A stretch of DNA of 64,000 nt, taken from Antedon mediterranea (taxonomy: Eukaryota; Animalia; Echinodermata). Numbering within the stretch: position 1 is the stretch's first letter; every line of letters starts with the position of its first letter. Both the position numbers and the translations under genes were made by a program. The notes below the pieces were generated by a model that had not been told where the DNA came from, searched no databases, and was given only the letters and a program-made list of their open reading frames with translations. Below, piece after piece: positions 52,136 through 64,000 of the stretch. The stretch covers positions 20,708,001-20,772,000 of the forward strand of contig NC_092671.1 in assembly GCF_964355755.1 (NCBI RefSeq), given 5' to 3'.

Positions 52136-53548
52136 ATTTATTATCACGTTTGTCACCTCTCTTGTGATTATTATTATTATGCTTCAAGAAATTACCACTT
52201 TTCTTTGTTAAAAATAGTTTGTATAATTAATTGTCAATTTTTATTTCACTCCACAAAGAAAATAAAGAATGAAATAACACAAATCGGAAACGGAATACTG
52301 TATTAATTAATTTATAAACATATTTAGGCCTACATGGATAGTACATCATTTTCTTATAAATAATCCAATAATCCACGATAAGACAAACAATTAGTAAGGC
52401 CCTAGATAACAAGACAATTTATCGTTTGAAATATTAATAACAAAAATATCGGATATAGGTTTTTATACAAATAGTCCCAAATTAAAATGCTTCTCTAGAA
52501 TACTTGAGTCGATATTTTTTCCATACCGAACCTTTTAAACTCTAGTTTTGTTGTCTGGTAATCTCGTGCTTCTTTTAGCAGTGATGGGTTAAAGTAATTA
52601 TAATATTAATAACAGAATATAAGGAAATTAAAGTAAATAACGATAATAATACTTTCAAGACGGTCCCTCATTGAAGTGTGCTAGTTGATAATGCGATATA
52701 CAAACGGAAGCAAGAAATTCCGATGCGTTTTCAAATACTATCTACCAGAAAGGTCATATCCAAAACTTGTACTTTTTAATACATAACCAGTACAGTAGGC
52801 TACTCTACTCTAGGCCATGGAAATGTTATGAATATAATCCAATATCGTTAACAAGAAAGGTTATTCTACTTATAACCGGAAGCATTAATTATGCCTTGCT
52901 CATTATGAATAGGTACATTTAGGCCTAATAGTCTGTTACTATTATCAGATCATAGATAGGCCATATTGAAAATAATAACTATAGAACTATAGGCCTAAAC
53001 CATACATGTCCGTAAATTATTAGTAAGTCACCCTAACCAAGGCTATCAAACCTAACAATGTCCATTATCCTGTGTCCATCAAGGCTTTCGATTTCGGTGT
53101 TTTTCGATTGTACTGATGCACAATATTTTAACAGAAAAATAAACCGGTAATGAAATGGACAATTGTAAAAAAAGTGTTGAAAACATAATTATCAAATAAT
53201 TGTGGGTTAAACAGATTAATACAACAATAATTATAATGATAATGGAGAGGATACAGTACTGATTTAGGTATGGATAAATATTAGGCCTAATTATGTTGGT
53301 GGTTAAAAGAATGTTCTAATAGATTATAGGCACATTTTTTTGTATTTGAAATATCACGGTATTCTATTACAAAAATGTGCAATATTATGATAGATCTAAA
53401 GGTTCATTAAAAATGGAAAGAGTTACAAATTCAACGACGTTTATTTATACAGATGATACAGAACTTCATTAGAAAAGTTCACATTCATTTTGATTCGCTT
53501 TAACTGTATTCTGTGTCTTTTATTTGTAAACTGACTTTAGAGTTGGGT

Positions 53549-54432
53549 CTGTGTCACCCACTAACGTAACAATCAACCACTAATGTAACATTAACCACTA
53601 ACGTAACAAAATAAACCACTAATGTAACATTAACAACTAACGTAACAAAAATGTAACAACAGTGGAAAATGTTGAGATATGTTTGGACTTGGTGGTCGAT
53701 TATGATAAGCTTTCCCTTATTAGAGGGCATGGTCGCTTACGAGAAGTGGTCCTTTAAAAGAGGTGGTCACTTCCGAGAGGTAGTGGTCGATGGTCAATTA
53801 TAAGACGCGGTCCCTAACGAAAGGTAATGGTCGTTTAAGGGAGGTCGATTATGAGAAGCTGTCCCGTAAGAGAGACATACCACATTACAGGATAACCAGA
53901 CAAACGTTGTATATTAGCCAAAGCCAAGCTAAAGATTTTAGTGAAGTTCAATTTAGTTAATTAGTAACACCATTATTTATCCAGTTAAAGAGAGCTGACG
54001 AAAAATAAACAGAACTGAACTCAATTCCTAGATTTCCAACTTTCAAAGCAAAAAATACGAGTTTTTAAATTCTAAGATTTCTTAACATTTTCTCCTATTG
54101 TTACGTTAGTGGTTAAATTTGGTTACATTAGTGGTTAAACTGTTGTTACATTAGTGGTTAATGAATGTTACATTGGTGGTTGATTTTGTTACGTTAGTGG
54201 TTAATGTTACATAAAGCTTGGTTGCCACTCGATCACAACGCAAGGATGTAAGACGCAACGTAGGCGAATTGACCAATCAAAAGCAATGGATTATTCGAAC
54301 TGTCGCTTGTGATAGGTCAATTCCCTTGTGTTGCGGCTTACGTCCTCGTGTTGTGTCCTAGTGGGAACCAAGCTTTATGTTGTTGATTTGTGTTACGTTA
54401 GTGGTTGATTGTTACGTTAGTGGGTGATACAG
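53549..54432. mobile_element. TIR element with repetitive arms
   Basis: CTGTGTCACCCACTAACGTAACAATCAACCACTAA ... TTAGTGGTTGATTGTTACGTTAGTGGGTGATACAG; AACCACTAA(C/T)GTAACA repeats. Confidence 0.8.
54215..54374. mobile_element. Harbinger-like MITE nested in 53549-54432
   Basis: TAA|AGCTTGGTTGCCACTCG ... CTAGTGGGAACCAAGCT|TTA. Confidence 0.7.
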
Positions 54433-57038
54433 AGTCAACCGGCTCAGCTACAGTGACTAAGTTCACTTAGGTTGACTCTGGTCTCCACAATTTCAGTTTT
54501 TGTTGCTGTTATGTATATAATAGGCCCTATTGAAATAGACCGAATAAATAATGAAATTAAATGAAACCGATAGAACGAGATTGATCGTCTGAAATACATA
54601 ATTTTCCATACGATGTCCAAGGCGATGGTCCAAGAGTTCTGTTATAAATTTATGTTCGAGAGGGTCATTGACTGTATTTTAGGGGAAAGAAACGTGTATT
54701 ACACCTATTATTATAAACCTTGCCCATGGGTGTACGGTAATTTGAAAGTGCAGCCTACACAATTGGCATATTGTAGGTATAATACTAAACACGGTTTCAA
54801 AAGAAACACCGCAGACTACAATAGATAATATAATTTGTCTCTTCAGTTATTATTTTCAATTGAAAAAAAGTAACAGTTTGTTAACGTAAAAGCTAATTTT
54901 ATACAGTATAATACATAAATGTAAATAAAAAAACGATTAGGTACCATATAACACGTTCATACATTTCCATTCATTTGCATTCAACAGCCTATCTCGGAAA
55001 GAAGTCCATATATCACGAAAAGATGTCCAAGCTTGATTTCAATATGGGCTTCTTTTCGAGGTTTCACGGTATAGACCTACCAGTACATTGGCACTTTTAA
55101 AAACAATATATGCGATAAGTCATATAATGGCTTAACATATAATGTTTTAAGAAAGTGTTGTAAAGTACCGTATCCGTCAAAGTTGTTTTTTCTTTATCTC
55201 TTTACGTAAACGAAGAGTACTATTTTGTACGTTATTGTTGGAACTTTATTAAATCAGAATGACACGGTTTTTTTAAATCGATTTTTTTTATCTATGTAAA
55301 TGCATTTAAAAATAACATAATCCAATCATCGATAATAAGTTTCTAGAACCAAACTGAATTATCATCCTATTTTGCTGATCTGACAAAAGACAAATAGAGA
55401 GATTCTTCTCAAGGGCAAGTTAGCGGCTTGATTGTGTCTTCATGTCATTGCAAAACAGATTTGCAAATAATATTGAGTTTTAAGCTTGGGTATTACGTAC
55501 AGACGCGGTTTTGGAAAGCCGACAAAGAGGAAGATCCTTTTTATTAGGCCTAAATGTGTCGTAACAATACTTTGCCAAACTTTCAACACATTTGTGCTTT
55601 GCACCAGCATTGTAATCTGGACCTTATGGCTGTTATGCTAGCCTAGGATTGTCATGTTCTACCCCTTGCAATACGGATTATATATTTTGTCTCTGAAATG
55701 TTTATATAACGTTATACGTCAATCAGTAATATTGTAATTTATTTAATTATAAGCTTACATACATCATAAATGCAATTTACATTTAAGTTAATTACTTATC
55801 TATTACTGACTTAAAGCACCTAGGTCGTTATTGTTCAAGTAGGCCTACAACCGATACCTTGTATTCTTTATTTGTCGAAGATGATAATTCACGACTTTCA
55901 TGGACTTATAATTCATTATTAGACTTAAATGTCTGCAATACGGTCTGAGTGCAGTGGTGTAACTTACACACCACGGTTTTATGAAGCTGGTAAGATTAAA
56001 TTAAATAGAATAAAAATAGAGAACATTTTACTTACTTTAGTTTACTATATTATTTGTTAATAATTTATCATTTTTTTTATAATAGTATGACTTTATAAAG
56101 AATACACCACGAGTAATTGAGTACTTCTTAACATCACATGTCAACATTTTCACGCACCTCGAAAATATGCAAATTAGTAATAAAAGTTTCATTCCCATAT
56201 TTCATGTCATTTTTACTACTATTCGCATACATTCAAGGTGTGTGACAAAGATTTTGGGAATTACAAAGCGATCCTATGGTGACTATAGGAAAACTGTATC
56301 CGAGTCATTTGAGGACAAAATTTTTGAGATATGGTAATCCTGTAATTTCACCCTAATTTGAATATTTAAGCTAATTTGCATATCATCGGGATGAGTGACA
56401 GAGGTGTGATGCTCAAATATTCCTCATCATATGTGAACATTTAAAAGAGAAAAATCTCTGTTTGCAATTTGTTTCACTTTGGACTGTTTTTTAGATAGAT
56501 TGCCTAGCCTAATACGTTTGTGCCCATCGAACGTGACAATAGCGTAAATCCTTATAAGCCGTCTAACGCTTCGCGTTACTAAAGTCTATGAAACCATAAG
56601 CGATTTAAATTACTTGTCTTGTTGTTCGGAAAGAATCGGTCTTTGAATTTTTGCCTTACATATCTTATAGGTTGATATTGCAGTCGTGTGCTATCTTTAT
56701 CGTGTGGAACGAGTTGGGTGGAAAAGAGGAAGAAACTGTGAGAAAATTCATACAAACGGATGAAGTGAATTTTTGCCGGATAACAACGGCCCAATTGCTG
56801 AAATAATATAGGTATTATTAACATTATCTATCAAGCCTAAAGATACAAAAAGAAAGGAATATTTAAACATTTTAAGAAAGTTTTTTACAATTTTAGACCA
56901 CTAAAAACGAATGTGCTGAATGAAATAAAAATTGGTTTGTAAATGATTTAGATGATCGGATTGTCATTAAAAGTATTGTACATTGTTAAAGTTTTTTAAT
57001 GTCATGAAAACTATTAAATTAAAGTTAGCAAAAACAAA

Positions 57039-57453
57039 ATAATAGTAGTGGAGCGCCAGATATTAAACGGACAGTCTCTTTTAAGCTGAATAAATTTTAT
57101 CTACAATTTATAGCCCAAACTATGTTACAGTATAGGTGATGAGTCTGTGAATAGAATCTAGAATGTTTTTTTTTTATATTTTGTCAAACGGATTTTATCT
57201 TTGAATTGTGTCAATTCATAGACAAATGAAATGAATAATTAAAAAATAATAGTAGTGGAGCGCCAGATATTAAACGGACAGTCTCTTTTAAGTTTAATGA
57301 ATTTTATCTACAATTTATAGCCCAAACTATGTTACAGTATAAGTGATGAGTCTGTGAATAGAATCTAGAATGTTTTTTTTATATATTTTGTCAAACGGAT
57401 TTTATCTTTGAATTGTGTCAATTCATAGACAAATGAAATGAATAATTAAAAAA
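57039..57453. repeat. Direct tandem duplication, ~207 bp x 2
   Basis: AATAATAGTAGTGGAGCGCCAGATATTAAACGG at ~57039 and ~57245, near-identical throughout. Confidence 0.95.
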
Positions 57454-59533
57454 TCAATTAACTCTATATTACCTAATATATAAACAGTATTATTATTTTA
57501 TACTTTTGTCTATTACTACCAGTTCCATATAGGGCCTATCATGCAACTTATCACAGGCTCTTGTTGAATGTTACACGCCGCAAAGAACGTTAGACATACG
57601 TTATACTATTAATAAGAGCCACCAGAAACTTTGCCACATAAAAAGTGTGAACATAGATATGTTGAAAACTAATATTTAGTTTAGTTCACTTAATTATACA
57701 ATATCGAAAAACAAAACAAAACACAAGAATATTTTTTTAAATAAATAGGATTACTAAGGTTGATGGAATTGTAAACACTGCCATTGGGAAAATAATTAAA
57801 GCAAGTTAGATTATCAACACTCAATTCGTAGTTGTCAACAAATCCGGTAGGCATTTCAATTGGACACTTTTAAACAATGTGTGTTTGGCTATACAGTTAT
57901 AAATGAAATTTCCAACTCCTCTCAGTTTAGAAAATTCAGACACCTTGTTCGTTCCCATATCATTCCATTCACTCATGAGTTGGGGCTTAAAGCCACAATA
58001 TTCTATCAAGTTATGATAATACTAATCTCCGTTTTAACGAAGTCGTATGTTCAGCGTAGACGTTCCCTAGGCCCTGAAAGAAATATTAACATTACATTTT
58101 ATTGGCGCCTACCAAATCACTCATGATTAAAACGTATCTTCTAACAAATAGTACAACACATAAGGTCGTGGGGAGTTGAAGGAACCAAATATCCTATAAT
58201 TATTTTGAACACCAACTATTTGTCATAATACATGTTTCTATATTATTTCTTCACACGCCAGTTTAAATCAAATTTAAATCTTCTTACCTTTTTAAAACCA
58301 TTCTGATGTTCTCACTATTGTTTTTATTATTTACTGTACAATAATTTTTTCAAATAATATATAGCTAGAACGTCTAAGATCTATTTCATTGCACTGTTAA
58401 TGTTATTCGGCATAACAATGAAAGATGTTTGCTAACTGAAGTTGGATCAAAATGTTCGGCGTTTTCCGAAATGTCAAAATATAATATTTGAACACAAAAT
58501 TGTTGGCATTTATACCAACCATATGATCTGTCGAATGACAATTTTTCTTTTATATTTCGTTCCAGTCATTTACCAATAATTAATTAATTTATTTATTAAT
58601 TTTTTTAAAACTGAATTGAATTTTAATTATAGTCACGATAACATTTGCTCATGTAGCCTTGATGAAGGAGCAAACAAATTATAAGCGTTTATCCGTTAAA
58701 TAATGACCAATAATTTTGGATAAACCTATTATGTTTAGAACAGAAAATATACAGTGGAGAAAACAAAATAATATATATATATATATATTTATTACAGCTG
58801 CAAGATTGTCTCAGATAGCAACGTATCTTAAATCCTTATAATTTTGCAATAGCTACTTAAAGTAATGCATTAGATTGCTTACGTGCAACTTTGTGTTTAT
58901 AAATACACTAATTTGTCATGCGTAACATATCTTACAACATACCCTGAGAAAGAAACTACACATGTCAATCCTTCCAATATAATTGCACGCTTAATTCAGC
59001 ACCTACCAATTATGTCACCAATAATAATAAAGGGAAAGAATCTTTCTTTTTTTAGCCTACAATTATTTCTTAAAAATTGCAAAGTTAGGCCTATGTGTTG
59101 GGATCCTTGTGATAATGTTGCAAAAAAGTAACATCCATCATAAAAAATTAATCTATTGTCGCAGGCCTATACTATAATTTGTTCCAATTCCAATTCCAAC
59201 CTAATTACTGAGCAAATACTGGTATTTGTATACAATTATAAAACTATTAAATAGAGAGATACTGGTAAAAAGTGTAATTAGGTATTTAAATAAAATAGTT
59301 ATTTATTCCAGATGCAAGTCTATCTTGAATTTTCTTTGATATACAATAAAATAGAATATTTTTAATAAAATGTCATACTTCAAATAAACCTTCATCTACT
59401 TCCTCTCTCTAAAACACAAACTCACACAATGCAAATAATATGTGGCCTATCGCGTTATAAAATGGGAAACAGTTCCTCGTTTTCAAAAGAACATTTTATT
59501 TTATATAATCTACATTAAAATAATTAAGATATT

Positions 59534-60078
59534 TCATTGGCCTAAGCCAACACTTAACGAGTCCAAGTTGGTATTTGAATAATTTGGGTATGTAGTAGAA
59601 CTAACTGTGTGCATTGGTGGTGGTGTACCAGTGTTCATACGGTTGAATTGCCCGTTACCCGATACTTTTGGCATATGCGGTCGATTTTGTTCTTGTCCTC
59701 TCATAACAAATCTGTTTACATGAACCGGTATTGGTACAACAAGTTTTGAGTTGTTATTTCCACCACCATTTCTTGAATTCACAATTCCCGCCTTCAATCG
59801 CTTCCATTTTGCACGTCGGTTCTGAAACCAAATTTTAACTTGAACCTCACTAAGCTGTAAAGTATGAGCAATATGTGAACGTTCACTTAGAGTAAGATAT
59901 TTCTTATGCTGAAATTCTCGTTCTAATTCTAGAAGTTGTTCACTTGTGAATGCCGTTCGTTTTCGTCTTCCTTTTCCATCGCCATTATGTCCATCTGATG
60001 TTTGAACAGTACTGTCTTCCACTACTTCTTCGTCAAGATCAATAGCGTTTGTCACGTCTTCTGTATTGTCACAACAGT
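59534..60078 (-). CDS. Gbx: Gbx/unplugged homeobox transcription factor, last coding exon
   Basis: Homeodomain [61 protein letters not shown] plus the Gbx-typical [13 protein letters not shown]; phase-1 acceptor TTATTCTTTTAG| at 60079; stop TGA; AATAAA downstream on the minus strand. Confidence 0.95.
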
Positions 60079-61599
60079 CTAAAAGAATAATGTGTCAGAT
60101 TTTCTTATTTGACTCCCTTTTTGTCGGAATATATCAATTAGATCAAAATATTTTTTTACACGAAATACGAATTATAATAATTTCTTATACAATTTCTTTA
60201 CGAATTATAATGTTTTAATAAGTGGAAAACCAATTTGATGCCAAGTAGTATGTAAGCATTAAAACATTGGACTTTTAGTCATACTGTATACGAATATGAG
60301 AGAGAGAGATGCTTTATCATTCTCGCATGAAAACGAAATGTTAATTTATCAACAATACTTTATTAAAAAATAATTTATTTCTTGTGATTGAATATTTAAA
60401 CATCAATATGTTAATATTAGTTTTTTTTTTAAATTTAAAAAGGGTTAATATATTATATTATACATTATTAAATCCTGTCATAACCGTATAGTTAATTCAT
60501 TATAATGTAATTGTATATAGGCCGATTTTTCTGTCACATCAACTTCAAACTAATAATTGACTATGAACAAATTATTATCAATACACTGACATTGTATACT
60601 TGTATGTACCCATATTTGGTTTTTATTTCTTATTTCCATCAGTTGTCTACTGTAGGACTGAATAAAATAATGAATTTCTGTACATACAATATATATACAT
60701 ATTGTCTCGTGAAAATTGTTTAATTTGTCTACACAGGCCTATGGATGCGATATTAGTCTTTGGTCTCTTGATACAGAAATATTTTATTTTAATCTGTATA
60801 ATATAGGCCTACAGTATATTGATCGACAAAAAGAAAATAAATTTTTGATTTGTAGGCCTAGTAGTATTCCTAATTTTCAGCATATCACATACCGAGAAAA
60901 AAAAAACGATCTATGGAATTGATCTTGAATGCTCATCATTTAAAATGTGATAGTGTCTGTAATATAGCAGCTGAAGATAAGCTGGGACAAACGGAAGCTA
61001 TCGGCGGCTAATAGCTTAAATGAATCGTTAGCTTAATCTAAAAAAGGATCAACTCCAAGTGCTGCTTTCAGTACATCTAAAACTTTATCATTCAATGTAT
61101 AGCATGCAAAATAGACAGCATGTAGAAGATTGAATCAATATACATAAATCAGTGCTCTTTTACCTTTAACATTATTTAAGTGTAGTAGTCTACGTCAACC
61201 ACTAGGAAACAATAGCATTATCATTGGATGATACAGTTATGCATTGTAACTCCAGTCGAAGGCAAGTATTCTAGCAAAATGTGTCTGACCCAACCAATAA
61301 AGTGGTCGACTAACTTGAAGTGGGTTATTATATTGTCCTATTGACGAAATATTAGATCAAAATTATCATAAAAGTGTCTAAAAAATGTTTATAAATTATA
61401 ATGTAAGAACAATAAATCAGTTATTTTCTTATTAGAGTTTATATTATGTTGTAGTTGTACTTTATTCGATGCCGTTATTCCAAAAATACATTATATAAAC
61501 CCTCCACAACACATCGATCTAAACATAAATATCTGTCATTCGGAATAAATTATTACTGTTAAAAACAATGTTTGTATTATTTTTATTTTTTATTTTTGT

Positions 61600-61674
61600 A
61601 TTTGTATCTCTATTGAGATCCAGCCACTGATACCCACAGCATTGTCATTTATTTCAGTAATCTGCCTTTGGATT

Positions 61675-61736
<62 letters not shown>

Positions 61737-62160
61737 TATTCTTTCTTCTATAAGTCTACGAGATGTCTCAGAACCATTACATACTTTAACACCAGAAATA
61801 GTAATATCCGAAAGGGAATGCTCATTATTACAAAAATGGGTGGCTACAGGTAATCCGGGAGTCTTTAGTTTAATAGACCTTAAATGTTCTACAAACCTAT
61901 CACCTAACCTGCGTTTAGTTTCACCAATATAAAGCATATTACATTTAGTACACGAAATACAATAAACTAGATTTCTAGTGGTGCACGTAATACGATCTGT
62001 GATAACATAATTACCAGAAGGTCCTACTATTTGGTTTATATATATAAACTTATCGTTTTGATTTAGCTTTTCGCTTTTTTTTGTATCTCCATTGAGATCC
62101 AGCCACTGATACCCACAGCATTGTCATTTTTTCAGTAATTTTCCTTTGCATTTATATACA
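61600..62160. mobile_element. Penelope-like element remnants: two direct terminal segments flanking an inverted endonuclease fragment, separated by (TA)n
   Basis: TTGAGATCCAGCCACTGATACCCACAGCATTGTCATT at 61612 and 62092; 62050-62085 matches the sequence after the hammerhead at 22314-22348. Confidence 0.75.
61733..62036 (-). pseudogene. Penelope-like GIY-YIG endonuclease fragment
   Basis: ITCTTRNLVYCISCTKCNMLYIGETKRRLGDRFVEHLRSI...PVATHFCNNEHS...RRLIEERII. Confidence 0.9.
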
Positions 62161-62699
62161 TATATAAATCAAACTGTAAATTATAGAAACAGTGCTCATA
62201 TTCGGAACATGATCTCATAATCGCGTCGAGCATAGCTCATTGGCGAAAGTAAACAATATAATATATAATTTGATTTGACAGTATGATATATATATATATA
62301 TATATGTGTATATATGAAATCATTCTTTTAAGTAGAGGTAATAATTAATAATATTGTTTTAGTAGTTTTGCAGCTTATTATTGTACGATATATATGTACT
62401 ATATATGGGATTGAAAGTTGCTATCGGAAAACGATAATCAGTTGTTTATTTTCGCTATACCTGATACCGTACGTGTATCAGGGGAGTTCCGTTATCCCAA
62501 GTACGATATAATTGGATAAAATATGGATGAGTAAAGTAAAATAATGAAACAGCAGAAATGTCACAATTTAAAAGATAAAAAATGTTGTTTAAAAATGACG
62601 TTAAAACATGAACAACATGTAAATGATTTGCATGTTTGATGAATATAATTTGTTTTGTTGAGAACTTTAAAATCTTCAAAAGATTAATATTCATGTAAT

Positions 62700-63350
62700 C
62701 AACATAAAGGAAATGTTAGAGATAACTTAATTTCATTTTAAATTATATGAAGATAGCGAGTGTGCGGTATTGGAAGGAAGCAAAGAATCTACATGATTCA
62801 AAGTCACTATTGGCGGGAAGCAAGGAGATGTAATGCCAGGCTTCCTTTTCTTAATTGTAATTGATTGGATAAATGAGGAAAACAATAGAAGGAATACGCT
62901 GGAAATTCATGCGCAAGTTCTTGATCTTGATTTTGCAGATGACATTGCATTACTTTCAAGTGTATGCAAGTAAAGGTAACCAAAATGAATCAAATATCTA
63001 AAAAACTGGCCTAAAAACAGGAAGGAAACAGAAGTTCTAAATAATATGCAAAGCCATGGTATTTTTTCAAAGTTAAAAAGAATCTGGAAAACAACAACAA
63101 TCAGTCTGAAAACTAAGATCAGGTAATTCAAAACATTGGTAAAGTCTGCTCTTTAATATAGAGCTGAGAGAAAATCAACGAACACGATAACCAGAAACAC
63201 TGTTATTCAAATGTCTACGGCAGATTCTTAAAAAAACATGGTCATAATTATTATAACAAATGAAAATCTACTAAAAACAGTGGGAAAATATAGAGAATAC
63301 CTTGAATAGAGGACATGGAACGAAGCAAAACAAATCGCTAACGATAGAAC
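62700..63350 (+). pseudogene. Highly decayed RTE-clade RT fragment
   Basis: KQGDVMPGFLFLIVIDWI...DLDFADDIALLS...LKRIWK...ISLKTKIR.F..LVKS. Confidence 0.7.
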
Positions 63351-63564
63351 TTTTCAATGTACACAGAACAGCGGTAACGGTAAAGTCACGTAGAATCTGT
63401 ATATCTTAATCGGGTTTTCGCTCCAAGTTTTGTGTAAATGGTCATAAGGAATATAACATAACATAGATTCTATAGTTTTGTTTTCCATTTACCGCTCCCT
63501 GTGTAAATTGGCCTTTATGTGCCACGATGCCCGAAGAGGATAGGTAATGAAAGGTAATTAACTT

Positions 63565-63850
63565 ACCGTATTTATTGAAATAAAAGAAACGAAATGAATG
63601 CTTTGAATAAACGCCTCCCTCGAATAAATGCCCCGCCACATGCATATATACAAAACATTGTATTATACAACACACTTAAGTAGAATTCATTGATTGACAT
63701 TATCTACAATTTACCAAGCAGTTTTTACTGTATTTTATCACTTCTCGATATTAATTTTTTTTCCTCATATCTAGGGAGTGTTTATTTGATTATACATGTT
63801 ACCATATTACACCCAAAAATATTAACGCCTCCTCCGAAGAAACGCGTTTG
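63565..63850. mobile_element. Tc1/mariner-like MITE fragment (related copy ~10740-11050)
   Basis: TA|CCGTATTTATT start, GAATAAACGCC repeats, TTATCTACAATTTACCAAGCA shared with ~10885. Confidence 0.45.
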
Positions 63851-64000
63851 AGAGGACACCGGCGAAATTATGTTTAATTATTATAAATGTTTCTATTTAT
63901 TAAGATTTAACTTAGACACTTTTATGTACATATCATTATACATCATATACTGTACATATCATGTTTTATTGTAGATAATAGTGTTTTCGGAATCCTATTT

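Noticed and set aside
58650-58700. CCTTGATGAAGG hammerhead-like motif
   Set aside because: GAAA half of the core and stem II are missing.
60046-60055. GTG start of the Gbx ORF in the ORF track
   Set aside because: The frame extends to a splice acceptor at 60078/60079, so it is an internal codon of a spliced exon.

Overview
AT-rich animal (invertebrate-like) genomic DNA. The only clear host gene is the homeobox-containing last exon of a Gbx/unplugged gene (59534-60078, minus); its first exon is not visible and probably lies beyond 64000. The rest, mainly 1-54 kb, is deeply nested transposon debris. Non-autonomous DNA elements have readable TIRs and target-site duplications (TTAA Kolobok-like, hAT-like, P-like, Merlin-like, MULE-like, Academ-like, Harbinger-like, Helentron/HINE-like, and a group with 5-bp TSDs). 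Retroelements include decayed Tx1/L1-clade LINEs, CR1/L2 and RTE fragments, a Gypsy pol with 3' LTR, and Penelope-like GIY-YIG fragments in (TA)n tracts. Most notable: (1) (TA)n-associated repeats near Penelope-like fragments carry complete tRNA-like cloverleaves with Pol III terminators (one with anticodon ATC), alongside a minimal hammerhead and a possible HDV-like fold; (2) recurrent TA->TAGGCCTA and TA->TACAGTA/TACTGTA micro-insertions resemble excision footprints; (3) a 36-bp P-like element has its own 7-bp TSD. All calls were made by eye, and superfamily labels rest on TIR/TSD signatures only.
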